The notes: generated by a model from the sequence alone, not told the origin. A DNA stretch of 64,000 nucleotides from an uncultured bacterium (GCA_963710755.1 CAVQBK010000004.1:160001-224000); one strand, 5' to 3'. Positions 19,661-28,698 are shown, counted from the stretch's first letter. Program-made: numbers and translations.

Positions 19661-20219
19661 GACGCTTCGCAGCCCCGACCGGAATTGATATTATGTGAAA
19701 GGGACGCTTCGCAGCCCCGACCGGAATCGATATTATGTGAAAGGGACGCTTCGCAGCCCCGACCGGAATCGATATTATGTGAAAGGGACGCTTCGCAGCC
19801 CCGACCGGAATCGATATTATGTGAAAGGGACGCTTCGCAGCCCCGACCGGAATCGATATTATGTGAAAGGGACGCTTCGCAGCCCCGACCGGAATCGATA
19901 TTATGTGAAAGGGACGCTTCGCAGCCCCGACCGGAATCGATATTATGTGAAAGGGACGCTTCGCAGCCCCGACCGGAATCGATATTATGTGAAAGGGACG
20001 CTTCGCAGCCCCGACCGGAATCGATATTATGTGAAAGGGACGCTTCGCAGCCCCGACTGGAATTGATATTATGTGAAAGGGACGCTTCGCAGCCCCGACC
20101 GGAATTGATATTATGTGAAAGGGACGCTTCGCAGCCCCGACTGGAATTGATATTATGTGAAAGGGACGCTTCGCAGCCCCGACTGGAATTGATATTATGT
20201 GAAAGGGACGCTTCGCAGC
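19661..20219. repeat. Tandem array of a 42-bp unit, 13 full copies plus a partial copy
   Basis: Unit GACGCTTCGCAGCCCCGAC(C/T)GGAAT(C/T)GATATTATGTGAAAGG starts at 19661, 19703 ... 20207. No unique spacers. Confidence 0.97.
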
Positions 20220-20326
20220 GGTTAATTTGTTTGAGTTTACTTCAGGCTGGGCACCGCAAGCGGTGCTCTTGCAATTAGCCGACAGGAAAAGATTAATTTT
20301 CAGACGGCTGCTAAACAGGAGGATAA

Positions 20327-20491
20327 ATGGCTAGGAAAAAAAAGATCCAACAAGAATTAAACATGGCCGAACATTCCGCCAGATTGCGGGCCATTCCCTC
20401 ACCGCAATGGGAGACTATCGGGCGTTGGGTTATGACCATGGTAGGTGCAGCGGTATTGATGGGGCTGGCCTATTTGGTGCTGAGTCGCTGA
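20327..20491 (+). CDS. Small (54-aa) single-pass membrane protein
   Basis: AGGAGG RBS then MARKKKIQQELNMAEHSARLRAIPSPQWETIGRWVMTMVGAAVLMGLAYLVLSR*: basic N-terminus and C-terminal TM helix. Below the ORF-track cutoff. Confidence 0.6.
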   Translation: MARKKKIQQELNMAEHSARLRAIPSPQWETIGRWVMTMVGAAVLMGLAYLVLSR

Positions 20492-20598
20492 ATGTCGGCG
20501 TAATGGCTACCGCAGCTAATCATTCTTACAGTTGCCCTTAATTCCAAGCCGGTACCCTTGGGTTGGGGTCCAACCTTCTAAAAAACAAAAAGGTATTC

Positions 20599-21168
20599 AT
20601 GAATTCAGGGATTGAAAGACAATTAAAAAAACTGTTGCCGGAACGGCGTTATCGTCATTCCCTGGCAGTGGCCCATTGGGCCAGAACCCTGGCCCACAGA
20701 CATCAGGGCCATGGACAGCACGCCTTTCTGGCAGGCCTGCTGCATGACTGCGCACGCGCCTTGAGCCCGGAGAAATTAAAGGTCTTGCTGAAAGCCTACC
20801 GGGGAAAATATTTTGACCGGGCCACCAGGGCCAATCCGGCGCTATGGCATAATCCTGCAGGGGTAATTTTGGCGCGACGGGACTATAAGATCCGCCATCC
20901 TTTTATTCTGCGCGCCATTGCACTCCATTCTACCGGCGACCGGCATATGCGCCTGTTGGACAAGATCATTTATGTGGCTGATTTTTCGGAACCAGGCAGG
21001 ACCTTTACGGAAGCGCAGGCCGTACGCACGGTGGCTGCTCAAGACTTGGACCGGGCGGTAGGTTTAACCGTGAAATATAAAATGGATTATTTACTTTCCG
21101 AAGGCAAGACTCTTCATCCCCGCTCTTTGGCATTGGCCAGAGGGTTGTCCATGGTGGTAAGCTCATAG
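20599..21168 (+). CDS. yqeK: HD-domain symmetrical Ap4A hydrolase YqeK
   Basis: RRYRHSLAVA...AGLLHDCAR...LWH...AI.LHSTG...LLDKIIYVADFSEPGRTF. Likely ATG at 20599 (ORF opens at 20563). Confidence 0.88.
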   Translation: MNSGIERQLKKLLPERRYRHSLAVAHWARTLAHRHQGHGQHAFLAGLLHDCARALSPEKLKVLLKAYRGKYFDRATRANPALWHNPAGVILARRDYKIRHPFILRAIALHSTGDRHMRLLDKIIYVADFSEPGRTFTEAQAVRTVAAQDLDRAVGLTVKYKMDYLLSEGKTLHPRSLALARGLSMVVSS

Positions 21169-22148
21169 AGTTCATCGGTCAGAACCGTTAATTTTTCCGG
21201 GCTCCACCGTCCTTGGTCATTCAACTGTTTGGATAAATGTACCGGCAATTGCGCCGGACCAAGATGGGCCGCGGCTATGCCGCCGGTCATCGCGGCTGTG
21301 GTATCGGCATCACCGCCGGCGGCAATGGCCGTACAGACCGATTCCCAGTAATCATCAGGGGTCTTAAGAAAAGCATATAGGCTCCAGATCACGCTGCTGG
21401 TCACGAAAGGCGAGATACCGTGCCAGTTGTCCTGATAAGACTCTTCAATCCCGGCCCGGGCGATGAGTTCGGCCGCATGCGGCGGTTGCAGATCGAGCCA
21501 GCGGGGAAGTTTCTGCAGCTGATCGGCGAAGTCCTGGCTGATGGGGCGGCACCATTGCAGCAATTGATCGATGAATTCAGGAGGATTGATGGTCTCCGAC
21601 GTCAACGCCAGGGCTGTGGCCCCGGCCATGGTTACCGAGCCGGCCAAACAGCGGGGATCCTGATGGGTGATCCAGCTTTGATCATAAGCAGCCTGCACCA
21701 TTTCTTCCGGCTGTTGGTAATAATACAGACCGATAGCCAGGGCGCGCGTGGTACTGCTGTTACCGGCTGTGGGCGGCAAGGTACCTGCTTTTTTCCATGG
21801 CACACCGTGGATTAGACGCTGAACAGCTTCCTGAGTGGAGCGGCCCTGACCTATAATTTTATTGGTTTCGTACAGGCGGGCAAAACGATGGGCCACATCT
21901 TCCGGCTCAAATCCCTGGCAATGGGTAATGCTTTCAATGATGGTTCGCGTCATCTGGGTATCATCGGAATATTGGCCGAATTCAAAGGGATAATGCTTCC
22001 ATTGGCCTGCCAATCCTGCTAAAAGAAACTGGCTTACATAACGCTCGGTGATAGCCGGTGGATAGCCCTCCACCGGAAATCCCAGGGCATCCCCTAAGGC
22101 CAGACCAAGCAAGGCTGCTGAAAAATGTTCTTTGGTAGGCTGTCGCAT
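21114..22148 (-). CDS. ADP-ribosylglycohydrolase family protein (DraG/ARH)
   Basis: LLGLALGDALGFPVE...GQYSDDTQMT...AGNSS..R...SWITH.DP...GGDADTTAAMTGGIAAA. Likely start 22148 after AGGAAG. Confidence 0.92.
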   Translation of the reverse strand: MRQPTKEHFSAALLGLALGDALGFPVEGYPPAITERYVSQFLLAGLAGQWKHYPFEFGQYSDDTQMTRTIIESITHCQGFEPEDVAHRFARLYETNKIIGQGRSTQEAVQRLIHGVPWKKAGTLPPTAGNSSTTRALAIGLYYYQQPEEMVQAAYDQSWITHQDPRCLAGSVTMAGATALALTSETINPPEFIDQLLQWCRPISQDFADQLQKLPRWLDLQPPHAAELIARAGIEESYQDNWHGISPFVTSSVIWSLYAFLKTPDDYWESVCTAIAAGGDADTTAAMTGGIAAAHLGPAQLPVHLSKQLNDQGRWSPEKLTVLTDELYELTTMDNPLANAKERG

Positions 22149-22257
22149 GTTGCCAGACTTCCTTTTTTTAATTAACTTAATCATAGTATCGACATAATAC
22201 TCATTTCTTTAACTAGGACACCTGAAATTCCCCTGAGGGGAGGTTGTGGGCGGGTTT

Positions 22258-22356
22258 ATTTAAATTCCCTGCGGCCTGCCGCAGGGAATTTAAATCGGAA
22301 ATAATTTTATTTGACTAGTTTCCCTTCATCCCCTGGGATGAAGGGAAACTAGTCAA
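22258..22356. terminator. Two long perfect inverted repeats at the 3' end of the bio cluster
   Basis: ATTTAAATTCCCTGCGGC-CT-GCCGCAGGGAATTTAAAT (22258-22295) and TTGACTAGTTTCCCTTCATCCC-CT-GGGATGAAGGGAAACTAGTCAA (22311-22356). Confidence 0.55.
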
Positions 22357-23016
22357 CCAAGGGGAAAAATCAGGCATTTTAAAGGGCGTAGTTGTCTCCA
22401 TCCAAGGGACGCCGACCAGCGGCAAATGGGGCCATTGCGTTTGAAACAGTGCTTCCGTGTCCCGGGCAATAATTTCAGGGGTTTGCCGATCCTGGATGCA
22501 GGCCAGTCCCAAAGCGGTGAGGCTACGCTGCGCCAGGGCATCCAGCGACAACCAGGTATGATTGATGCTGCCTAGACGGGTGGAGGTGACCATGAGGCTG
22601 GGCCATTGGGTTTGGCTCAGCAGGTCCAAAATGGTGAAGGTCCGGTCAAGGGGAACCTGCAGGCCGCCGGCGCCTTCCACGAGGACCATCTCATAAGTCT
22701 GCTGCAAGGTTGCGAAGGTTTGCAGAAGATGGTCCTTGTCAATAGGTTGGCCGGCTTGACCGGCCGCTAAATGAGGCGAAGCCGCCAAAGGAAACACATA
22801 AGGGCAGGTTAGACCCTGCTCATCTTCAGGCAGCAGCGGCGTGTTCATCAGGTGTCGATGAATAAGGATGTCCTCGGAGAGGCCTTGACACCCGGTCTGA
22901 ACCAATTTGGCGGTGATGACCGAGCGGCCTTGGTTTTTTAAAAAGGCGGCCAGCAAGCCGGTGACAAAACTTTTACCGATGCCCGTGTCGATGCCTGCGA
23001 TAAAGATGATGCTCAT
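22315..23016 (-). CDS. bioD: Dethiobiotin synthase
   Basis: IFIAGIDTGIGKS...KLVQTG...ASPHLAA...LVEGAGGL..P...LGSINHT. Start ATG 23016 overlaps the bioC stop. Confidence 0.95.
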   Translation of the reverse strand: MSIIFIAGIDTGIGKSFVTGLLAAFLKNQGRSVITAKLVQTGCQGLSEDILIHRHLMNTPLLPEDEQGLTCPYVFPLAASPHLAAGQAGQPIDKDHLLQTFATLQQTYEMVLVEGAGGLQVPLDRTFTILDLLSQTQWPSLMVTSTRLGSINHTWLSLDALAQRSLTALGLACIQDRQTPEIIARDTEALFQTQWPHLPLVGVPWMETTTPFKMPDFSPWLTSFPSSQGMKGN

Positions 23017-23777
23017 AAACCGGACTCCTTTTTCTGAAAGATAAACCAATAGGGATGATAATCCAGCTGGTAATCATCCTCAAAACGCAGTGCAGCGCGA
23101 TAGCGGGTGGAAAGCTGTTCCAAGGAGGACTTGGTCCAGGTGCGGGTGACCAGGGCATTAACGCCGGTAGCTTTCAAATGACGCAACAGTTCCAGGAAGG
23201 AAGGAAAGTGCAAGCGGAGATGCTCCTCGTGAACCCACCGGCAGGTGCCAAAGGGGGCCAGGGTCTCCAGAATTACTTGGCGTGGAAAATAGGTCAAGGA
23301 AGGTCCCAGGGTTTTGGCAAAGGCTTGGAAATGATCAGGCCCAAAGGTGGTAAACGCCAATAGCCCTTGTGGCTGTAAACGAGCCATCCAGGTGGTCAAA
23401 GCCTCCAAGGGGCGTTCAAACCACTGAAGTGCGGCATTGGAAATAATCAGATCAAAGTGATGACCAGCTAAGTCCAGCTGCTCCGCATCACCGTTCCAAT
23501 AGGTGAGCCATTGTCGTTGGCGGTAAATTTCCAAGTCGCGGTTTAACTGAGGAACAAGATCATTGCCCCAGAGATGACCAATAGACAGTTTTTCGGCCAG
23601 CAGACGGGTTAACAACCCTGTCCCCATGCCCACTTCCAAAGCTGCAGGAAAAAATCCGGAATGCAGGCCAGAGAGCTTATCAACCAGCATTAGCGCCATC
23701 CGGCGCTGAATGGAGGCTTTTTGGTTGTAGCTGGTTTGGGCCCGGCCAAAACGTTTTTGGATAAGGAGCTTATTCAC
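23013..23777 (-). CDS. bioC: Malonyl-ACP O-methyltransferase BioC
   Basis: IQKRFGRA..SY...A.IQ...LEVGMGTG...FDLIISNAALQW...LAFTTFGP...LRHLKATGVN. Likely GTG start 23777 (the ORF-track extension to 23933 overlaps bioG). Confidence 0.9.
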   Translation of the reverse strand: MNKLLIQKRFGRAQTSYNQKASIQRRMALMLVDKLSGLHSGFFPAALEVGMGTGLLTRLLAEKLSIGHLWGNDLVPQLNRDLEIYRQRQWLTYWNGDAEQLDLAGHHFDLIISNAALQWFERPLEALTTWMARLQPQGLLAFTTFGPDHFQAFAKTLGPSLTYFPRQVILETLAPFGTCRWVHEEHLRLHFPSFLELLRHLKATGVNALVTRTWTKSSLEQLSTRYRAALRFEDDYQLDYHPYWFIFQKKESGL

Positions 23778-24453
23778 CCTGCACCTCGTGCAGCAATGCT
23801 TCCCAGGAAGGCCAGCGGTAAAAGGGAAAATGACCACTTTCAAGCATGTGCACTGTGCTCTGATTTTTCCAAAAGCGCATTTGATTACGGGCGGAGATGA
23901 TTTTGTCCTGGGTGCTGATGTAGGCTGCATCAAATTGACCGCTCAGCCGGTCCAGAGGATCCTGCTGCACCAGCTCACGCAAACGGATCAATTCCGCCTG
24001 CTGATCTTGCCAACCGCGCCGGGGCAAGTGGGCCAAGAACCGCTCCCGTTCGCTGGGTGTGGCCACCAGGTCTTCATAAAATTGCCGGGCAGCGGCTTCA
24101 CTAAACGATTCGCACTGCTGGTCATAAATAGCGGGGGGGATACCATAGCGGTCATGAATGGGATTCAACGTACCGTTGATGGCCAGGCTAAAGACCGGGG
24201 TATCGGGCAATTGCTCCATCACCTTTTGTGACATCCAGACCCCCATAGAGAATCCAATCAAGGTGAAGGATTTGTAGGGTTGGAGCATGGCTCGCGCCTG
24301 GGGAGGAATAAGAGCGGTTTGGTAATCATAAAACATGAGTACATCAAAGAGGCTGCTGGTAAGCGGGATAAAAGGCTGTTCATCCAGACCCCAGCCATTA
24401 AAAAAGATGATAAGATTTTCCGCTTTATTCCTGATGGTCCACGTATAGCGCAT
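23770..24453 (-). CDS. bioG: Pimeloyl-ACP methyl ester esterase, BioG/DUF452 family
   Basis: LIIFFNGWG.D...GFSMGV (GxSxG)...AINGT..PIHDRYGIP...D.I....NQ..FW...HFPF; located between bioF and bioC. Confidence 0.85.
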   Translation of the reverse strand: MRYTWTIRNKAENLIIFFNGWGLDEQPFIPLTSSLFDVLMFYDYQTALIPPQARAMLQPYKSFTLIGFSMGVWMSQKVMEQLPDTPVFSLAINGTLNPIHDRYGIPPAIYDQQCESFSEAAARQFYEDLVATPSERERFLAHLPRRGWQDQQAELIRLRELVQQDPLDRLSGQFDAAYISTQDKIISARNQMRFWKNQSTVHMLESGHFPFYRWPSWEALLHEVQGE

Positions 24454-24599
24454 AAGTCAAGGCACCTGCCTTCTTTTCAGATTAGAGTGTGTGGAGGAAA
24501 AGCCACTTTAGTTTCTATGTCACCAAAACCCGTCCCTATAAGATTTAAATACTCCCTGTGAACTATTTTTTCCACAAACTGGTACCACCTTGGCCTGCA

Positions 24600-25784
24600 T
24601 CAGGTGCAGCAGCGGGCAATCAACGCCGGCAGCTCTTGAAGGTCCTGCCAATTAAGACCTGCAGTGAGAGAGATTCTGAGTCTGGCCTGGCCTGCGGGCA
24701 CTGTAGGCGGACGTATGGGGAACAACAGGAACTGGTTTTCCCGGCACGCTTGTGCCACGGCCACAGTCTGTTCATTAGGGCCGATTATAACAGGCACGAT
24801 ATGACTCTGGCCCAGGGTGGACAAGCCTTCTTTGGCCAAAGCTGCGCGCAGGTTTCCTGACAAAGTCTCCAAGTGTCGGCGCCGGTCAGACAAGGTTGGC
24901 AAAAGGCCAAAGACCATGCGTGTCCAATTAAGATTGAGCGGGGGCAAGGCCGTGGTGTAAATAAAAGGACGCATGGTATTGACTAAATAATCGGTAACCA
25001 CTTTCTCAGCCACCACAAAGGCCCCCACCGAGGCCAGGGCCTTGCCGAAAGTGCCCACAATCAATTCGATTTTATCAAGCAAGCCTTGTGCCTCAGCCAA
25101 GCCCAGACCGCGCTCGCCCATTACCCCCAAAGCGTGGGCCTCGTCCACATAAAGCCAGGCATGATAGTGGTCGCGCAGGCTGGTCAAGCCTTTGAGGTCC
25201 GCCACATCACCATCCATACTGAACACACTTTCCGTGACAATCAGGGCCCGGCGATAGTTCGCGCGATGCCGGCTCAGCAATTGTTCCAGGTGATTCAGAT
25301 CCAGATGACGGTAGCGGTAGAGTTTGGCGCCCGATAACTGATCGCCGTCAATGATGCTGGCATGATTGAGACGGTCTGAAAAAATGGCATCCCGACGATC
25401 AAGCAAGGCCGATAGCAGGCCCACATTGGCGTGGTAACCGGAGTTAAATACCAGGGCGCTGGGACGGCCGTATGCCCGGGCCAGTTCCTCTTCCAGATGA
25501 TGAACCTGGGAGGTGGTGCCGGTTAAGAGCCGGGAAGAGGAAGAGCCCAGCGCGAAGTCCTCAAGGCGATTGCGGGCGGAAAGGTTTTGGAAAAATTGCT
25601 CATGCAAAGCCTGGTCCGCGGCCAGTCCCAGGTAATCGTTGGAGGAGAGGTTAAGCATGGGCTGATCCTGAAAGTGACTGTGTTCGGGTGTGCGTGCTGA
25701 CACCACCCGGCATTGACGCAGGCGGTCTTCGGCCGCCAACTGATTCAAATGGGTTTGCAACTCTTCAAAGGCCATGTTTTTCAT
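24600..25784 (-). CDS. bioF: 8-amino-7-oxononanoate synthase
   Basis: NLSSNDYLGL...FNSGYHAN...DRLNHASIIDG...TESVFSMDGD...VDEAHA...GTFGKA...IRPPTVP. Likely start 25784 after GAGGA. Confidence 0.95.
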   Translation of the reverse strand: MKNMAFEELQTHLNQLAAEDRLRQCRVVSARTPEHSHFQDQPMLNLSSNDYLGLAADQALHEQFFQNLSARNRLEDFALGSSSSRLLTGTTSQVHHLEEELARAYGRPSALVFNSGYHANVGLLSALLDRRDAIFSDRLNHASIIDGDQLSGAKLYRYRHLDLNHLEQLLSRHRANYRRALIVTESVFSMDGDVADLKGLTSLRDHYHAWLYVDEAHALGVMGERGLGLAEAQGLLDKIELIVGTFGKALASVGAFVVAEKVVTDYLVNTMRPFIYTTALPPLNLNWTRMVFGLLPTLSDRRRHLETLSGNLRAALAKEGLSTLGQSHIVPVIIGPNEQTVAVAQACRENQFLLFPIRPPTVPAGQARLRISLTAGLNWQDLQELPALIARCCT

Positions 25785-25840
25785 TTTATCCTCAACCATA
25801 GGCTAACGGCTTACCCCGGCTAGGCAGCGATGAATCGAAG

Positions 25841-27223
25841 TCAAGGCTCCAGCCGGGCCAAGGCCGTGGTGATGGCGTCCATGCTGCGGTCCATGATGGC
25901 ATCAATATCCTCCTTGGTCACGGCCAGAGGCAGAAACCAATAAATGGTGTCGCCCAGTGGACGCAGCAGGAGTTGATGCTTTACAGATTCCAGAAAGATG
26001 TTAAAGCCTGCGCGCGCTTCCGGGGCATAGGTCTGGCGTTGCCGCCGGCTTTTCATAATATCAATGGCACCGATAAAGCCCAGGTGACGAATGTCAGCCA
26101 CCTGATCCAAGTTTTCGTATTCCTGCAGGCGATAGTGAAAATGTTGGATGACTTCAGTTTGCGACTGCGGCAATTGTTGGTCTTTGAACATTTGCAGATT
26201 GGCGGCGGCCACGGCGCAGGCCAGGGCATTGGCTGTAAAGGTATGGCCGTGGAAAAAGGTTTTGGACGCCTGATCATCGCTGTAAAAAGCCTGATAGACA
26301 GGTTCGGTGGTTACGGTAAGCGCCAGCGGCAGGGTGCCGCTGGTCAGGCCTTTGGCCAGACAAATAAAGTCGGGCACCACTCCGGCTTGTTCATAGGCAA
26401 ACATAGTTCCTGTGCGGCCAAAGCCCGTGGCCACTTCATCAAAGATGAGCAATACATCCAGTTCCCGCGTAAGCGCGCGCAATTTTTTAAGGTAGTTGGC
26501 ATGATAGAGGGAGAGGCCACCGGCGCCTTGCATCAGGGGCTCCACGATGACCGCAGCCACCTCCTGGTGATGCTGCTCCAGCAGCCCGGCCATGCTTTGG
26601 AAGCAGGACAAATCGCAGTGGTGCTGCTGTCCGTCCCAGGTAAAAGAGGTATTACGCTTGGGACAGGCCGAGCAATTGGGACTGGCCGCCTGGTAAGAGT
26701 TAAAGCGCAACGGGGCATACAAGCGGTGATAGAGTTCCATACCGCCCACACTCATACTGCCAACCGTATCGCCATGATAAGCATTTTCCAAAAAGATAAA
26801 CCGTTGTTTACGGGGATGGCCGATGTTCTGCCAATATTGAAAGGCCATTTTCAAAGCGATCTCAGTGGAGGTGGCGCCGCTGTCGGAAAAGAAAAATCGC
26901 CGTAGACTGGGATCGAGGACTTCGGTCAGATGCTTGACCACCTCGGCCGCCGGACTGTGGGTGATACCGGCAAAGAGGATATGGTCCAGTTTGTCCATCT
27001 GCTGCTGCAGGGCCTCTTTCAAGACCGGATGTCCATGGCCATGTACATTACACCACCAGGAAGAAACCGTATCGTAATACATGGTGCCCTGGGCATCGTA
27101 CAATTTCACACCCTCTCCCCGGGTCATGACAATGGGATCGCGGTCTTCGTAATCCTTCATTTGGGTATAGGGATGCCAAATGTGATTGCGATCAATAGCT
27201 AAGATATCTTCCTGACTAAGCAT
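25841..27223 (-). CDS. bioA: Adenosylmethionine-8-amino-7-oxononanoate aminotransferase
   Basis: IWHPYTQM...SSWWCNVHGH...DSGATSTEIALKMA...YHGDT...EPLMQGAGG...DEVATGFGRTG...AKGLT...HGHTFTAN. Confidence 0.96.
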   Translation of the reverse strand: MLSQEDILAIDRNHIWHPYTQMKDYEDRDPIVMTRGEGVKLYDAQGTMYYDTVSSWWCNVHGHGHPVLKEALQQQMDKLDHILFAGITHSPAAEVVKHLTEVLDPSLRRFFFSDSGATSTEIALKMAFQYWQNIGHPRKQRFIFLENAYHGDTVGSMSVGGMELYHRLYAPLRFNSYQAASPNCSACPKRNTSFTWDGQQHHCDLSCFQSMAGLLEQHHQEVAAVIVEPLMQGAGGLSLYHANYLKKLRALTRELDVLLIFDEVATGFGRTGTMFAYEQAGVVPDFICLAKGLTSGTLPLALTVTTEPVYQAFYSDDQASKTFFHGHTFTANALACAVAAANLQMFKDQQLPQSQTEVIQHFHYRLQEYENLDQVADIRHLGFIGAIDIMKSRRQRQTYAPEARAGFNIFLESVKHQLLLRPLGDTIYWFLPLAVTKEDIDAIMDRSMDAITTALARLEP

Positions 27224-27322
27224 GATAACATCCTTTCTAAAGGGGAGGCATCACCAGGACTAAGGGCTTGTCCATAAGGTATGGCAAGAAGTAATGATGA
27301 TGTCTCTGGCCCGGGTTGCAAT

Positions 27323-28345
27323 TTATTTTTCAAATGATTTTAACTCTTCCCAAAAGAGACGGTCGTCGTCCACCGCCCGGCCGCGGGTGGTGAGATAACC
27401 GCCGGTTAAAAATCCATTGATACCGGCCAGCATAAGCAGACCCTGAAAATCCTTCATTCTGGTTTCCCGGCCGGCCGCGAATTTTATGGTTTTAAGCGGA
27501 TGAATCAGCCGGAAAAGAGCGAACGTTTTGGCCACGTCAGCTGCGCTTATACTGGAATTGTTTTCCAGAGGTGTGCCGGCAATGGGGATCAGAACATTTA
27601 AAGGAATGACGTCCACGTCCAGGTCTTTAAGCGCATAGGCCAGGTCCAGCCGGTCGGTCATGGTTTCGCCCAGGCCCAGAATACCGCCTACACAGGTGCC
27701 GATACCGGCTTGATGCAACCATTCAATAGTGCGCAGTTTATCGTCAATGCCATGGGTCGTGGCAATGAGTTGACTGTATTTTTCCGGAGCCACTTGCAGA
27801 TTAATATTGTAGTGCGCGATACCGGCCTCGGCCAGAGCCTTCACATTCTCCTGGCCCAAAATACCCAAGGAAGCACATACGTTGAGTTCGGGATAGGCCT
27901 GGTGAATGGCATGGATCCCTTGGAGAATCCGGCGGAACTCGTCATCGATGCCTGCATAACCGCGGCCGCTGGTCACCAGGCCAAAGCTACGTACACCACT
28001 GGCATGGGCTTGACCGGCAGCCGTGACCATGGCCTCTTGATTCTGCAATCCATAGCTGTCAATGGCGGCAGCATGATGGGCGGACTGGGCACAGAAACGG
28101 CAATTTTCTGTGCAGGCGCCGGACTTGGCATTCATGATGGTGCAAGCGTGGTGGGGCTGGGCGAACTTGAGTCTGACCTTGTTTGCCAGACTGAGCAGAT
28201 CAAGAAGATCAGGCCCTTCCAGGGTACTTAATCCGTCGGCCAACGCCCGTGATAAGGGCCTGGCCTCCAGGACACTGTAGGCTTCGGCCACCAGGGGATG
28301 CAGGCAGTCCGTCACCGGCGTTTCTTCCAAACTTTTTGGGAACAT
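27323..28345 (-). CDS. bioB: Biotin synthase
   Basis: NAKSGACTENCRFCAQS radical-SAM CxxxCxxC motif; GGILGLGET; PLNVL.PI.GTPL; TGGYLTTRG. Confidence 0.96.
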   Translation of the reverse strand: MFPKSLEETPVTDCLHPLVAEAYSVLEARPLSRALADGLSTLEGPDLLDLLSLANKVRLKFAQPHHACTIMNAKSGACTENCRFCAQSAHHAAAIDSYGLQNQEAMVTAAGQAHASGVRSFGLVTSGRGYAGIDDEFRRILQGIHAIHQAYPELNVCASLGILGQENVKALAEAGIAHYNINLQVAPEKYSQLIATTHGIDDKLRTIEWLHQAGIGTCVGGILGLGETMTDRLDLAYALKDLDVDVIPLNVLIPIAGTPLENNSSISAADVAKTFALFRLIHPLKTIKFAAGRETRMKDFQGLLMLAGINGFLTGGYLTTRGRAVDDDRLFWEELKSFEK

Positions 28346-28361
28346 GAGAATCCTCGCGTGT

Positions 28362-28398
28362 TTGTTAACCTGAATTGGTTAATGGGTTGACGATTATA
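28362..28398 (-). promoter_or_regulatory. BirA-type biotin operator abutting the -10 of the bio promoter
   Basis: TTGTTAACC-N14-GGTTGACGA (28362-28393) matches the known BirA palindrome TGTtAAC(C)-N14/16-(G)GTTaACA. TATAAT on the minus strand at 28393-28398. Confidence 0.75.
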
Positions 28399-28426
28399 TT
28401 ACCTGATTGGCAGGCAATGGCAAGTC

Positions 28427-28694
28427 AAAAATACAAGATTCGCCACCAGGAACTCCTGCGTCATGTTAGGTCCGTGACGGAGGAGTTCCCAAGTCTTTGA
28501 GCATGAATGAAATGAAATATAGTCAAATTCGCGCAAGCTTTTTAGAATCACGAGTTAAAGCCTAATCGCCAGCAAGACACCGGGATTTATCCGGGAAAGA
28601 TCATTAATCATTTTTTGATTTTTCCTTGTTTAGTAGGCCTTTGGGCCATGGTGTTGCTGGTGCCTGTATTTCGGGTGGTAAATCTTTTATTTTT
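28427..28694 (+). other. Nested structured intergenic element (candidate ncRNA or MITE-like element)
   Basis: 21-bp imperfect terminal inverted repeat (18/21) enclosing at least four internal stems; see findings. Confidence 0.45.
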
Positions 28695-28698
28695 ATTA

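Noticed and set aside
19661-20219. CRISPR array
   Set aside because: Units are contiguous and essentially identical, with no unique spacers and no cas genes in the window.
19685-20278. 197-aa and 123-aa repeat ORFs (ILCERDASQPRPES / YYVKGTLRSPDRNR)
   Set aside because: They are open only because the 42-bp unit lacks stops in those frames. Starts lie inside the repeat with no RBS, so they are not called as CDS.
20599-22148. YqeK + ADP-ribosylglycohydrolase as a toxin-antitoxin or anti-phage module
   Set aside because: The genes are convergent rather than co-transcribed, no ADP-ribosyltransferase is nearby, and both families are common housekeeping hydrolases.
23778-23933. N-terminal extensions given by the ORF track (bioC here; also rpsF, rpsR, rplI, thiE and 54340..54462)
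   Set aside because: They overlap neighbouring genes or leaders. Downstream starts with RBSs match family N-termini better.
25973-26905. 310-aa + strand ORF and similar long antisense ORFs over bio, hppA, pfa and dnaB
   Set aside because: Fully antisense to well-supported genes, with no recognisable motifs.
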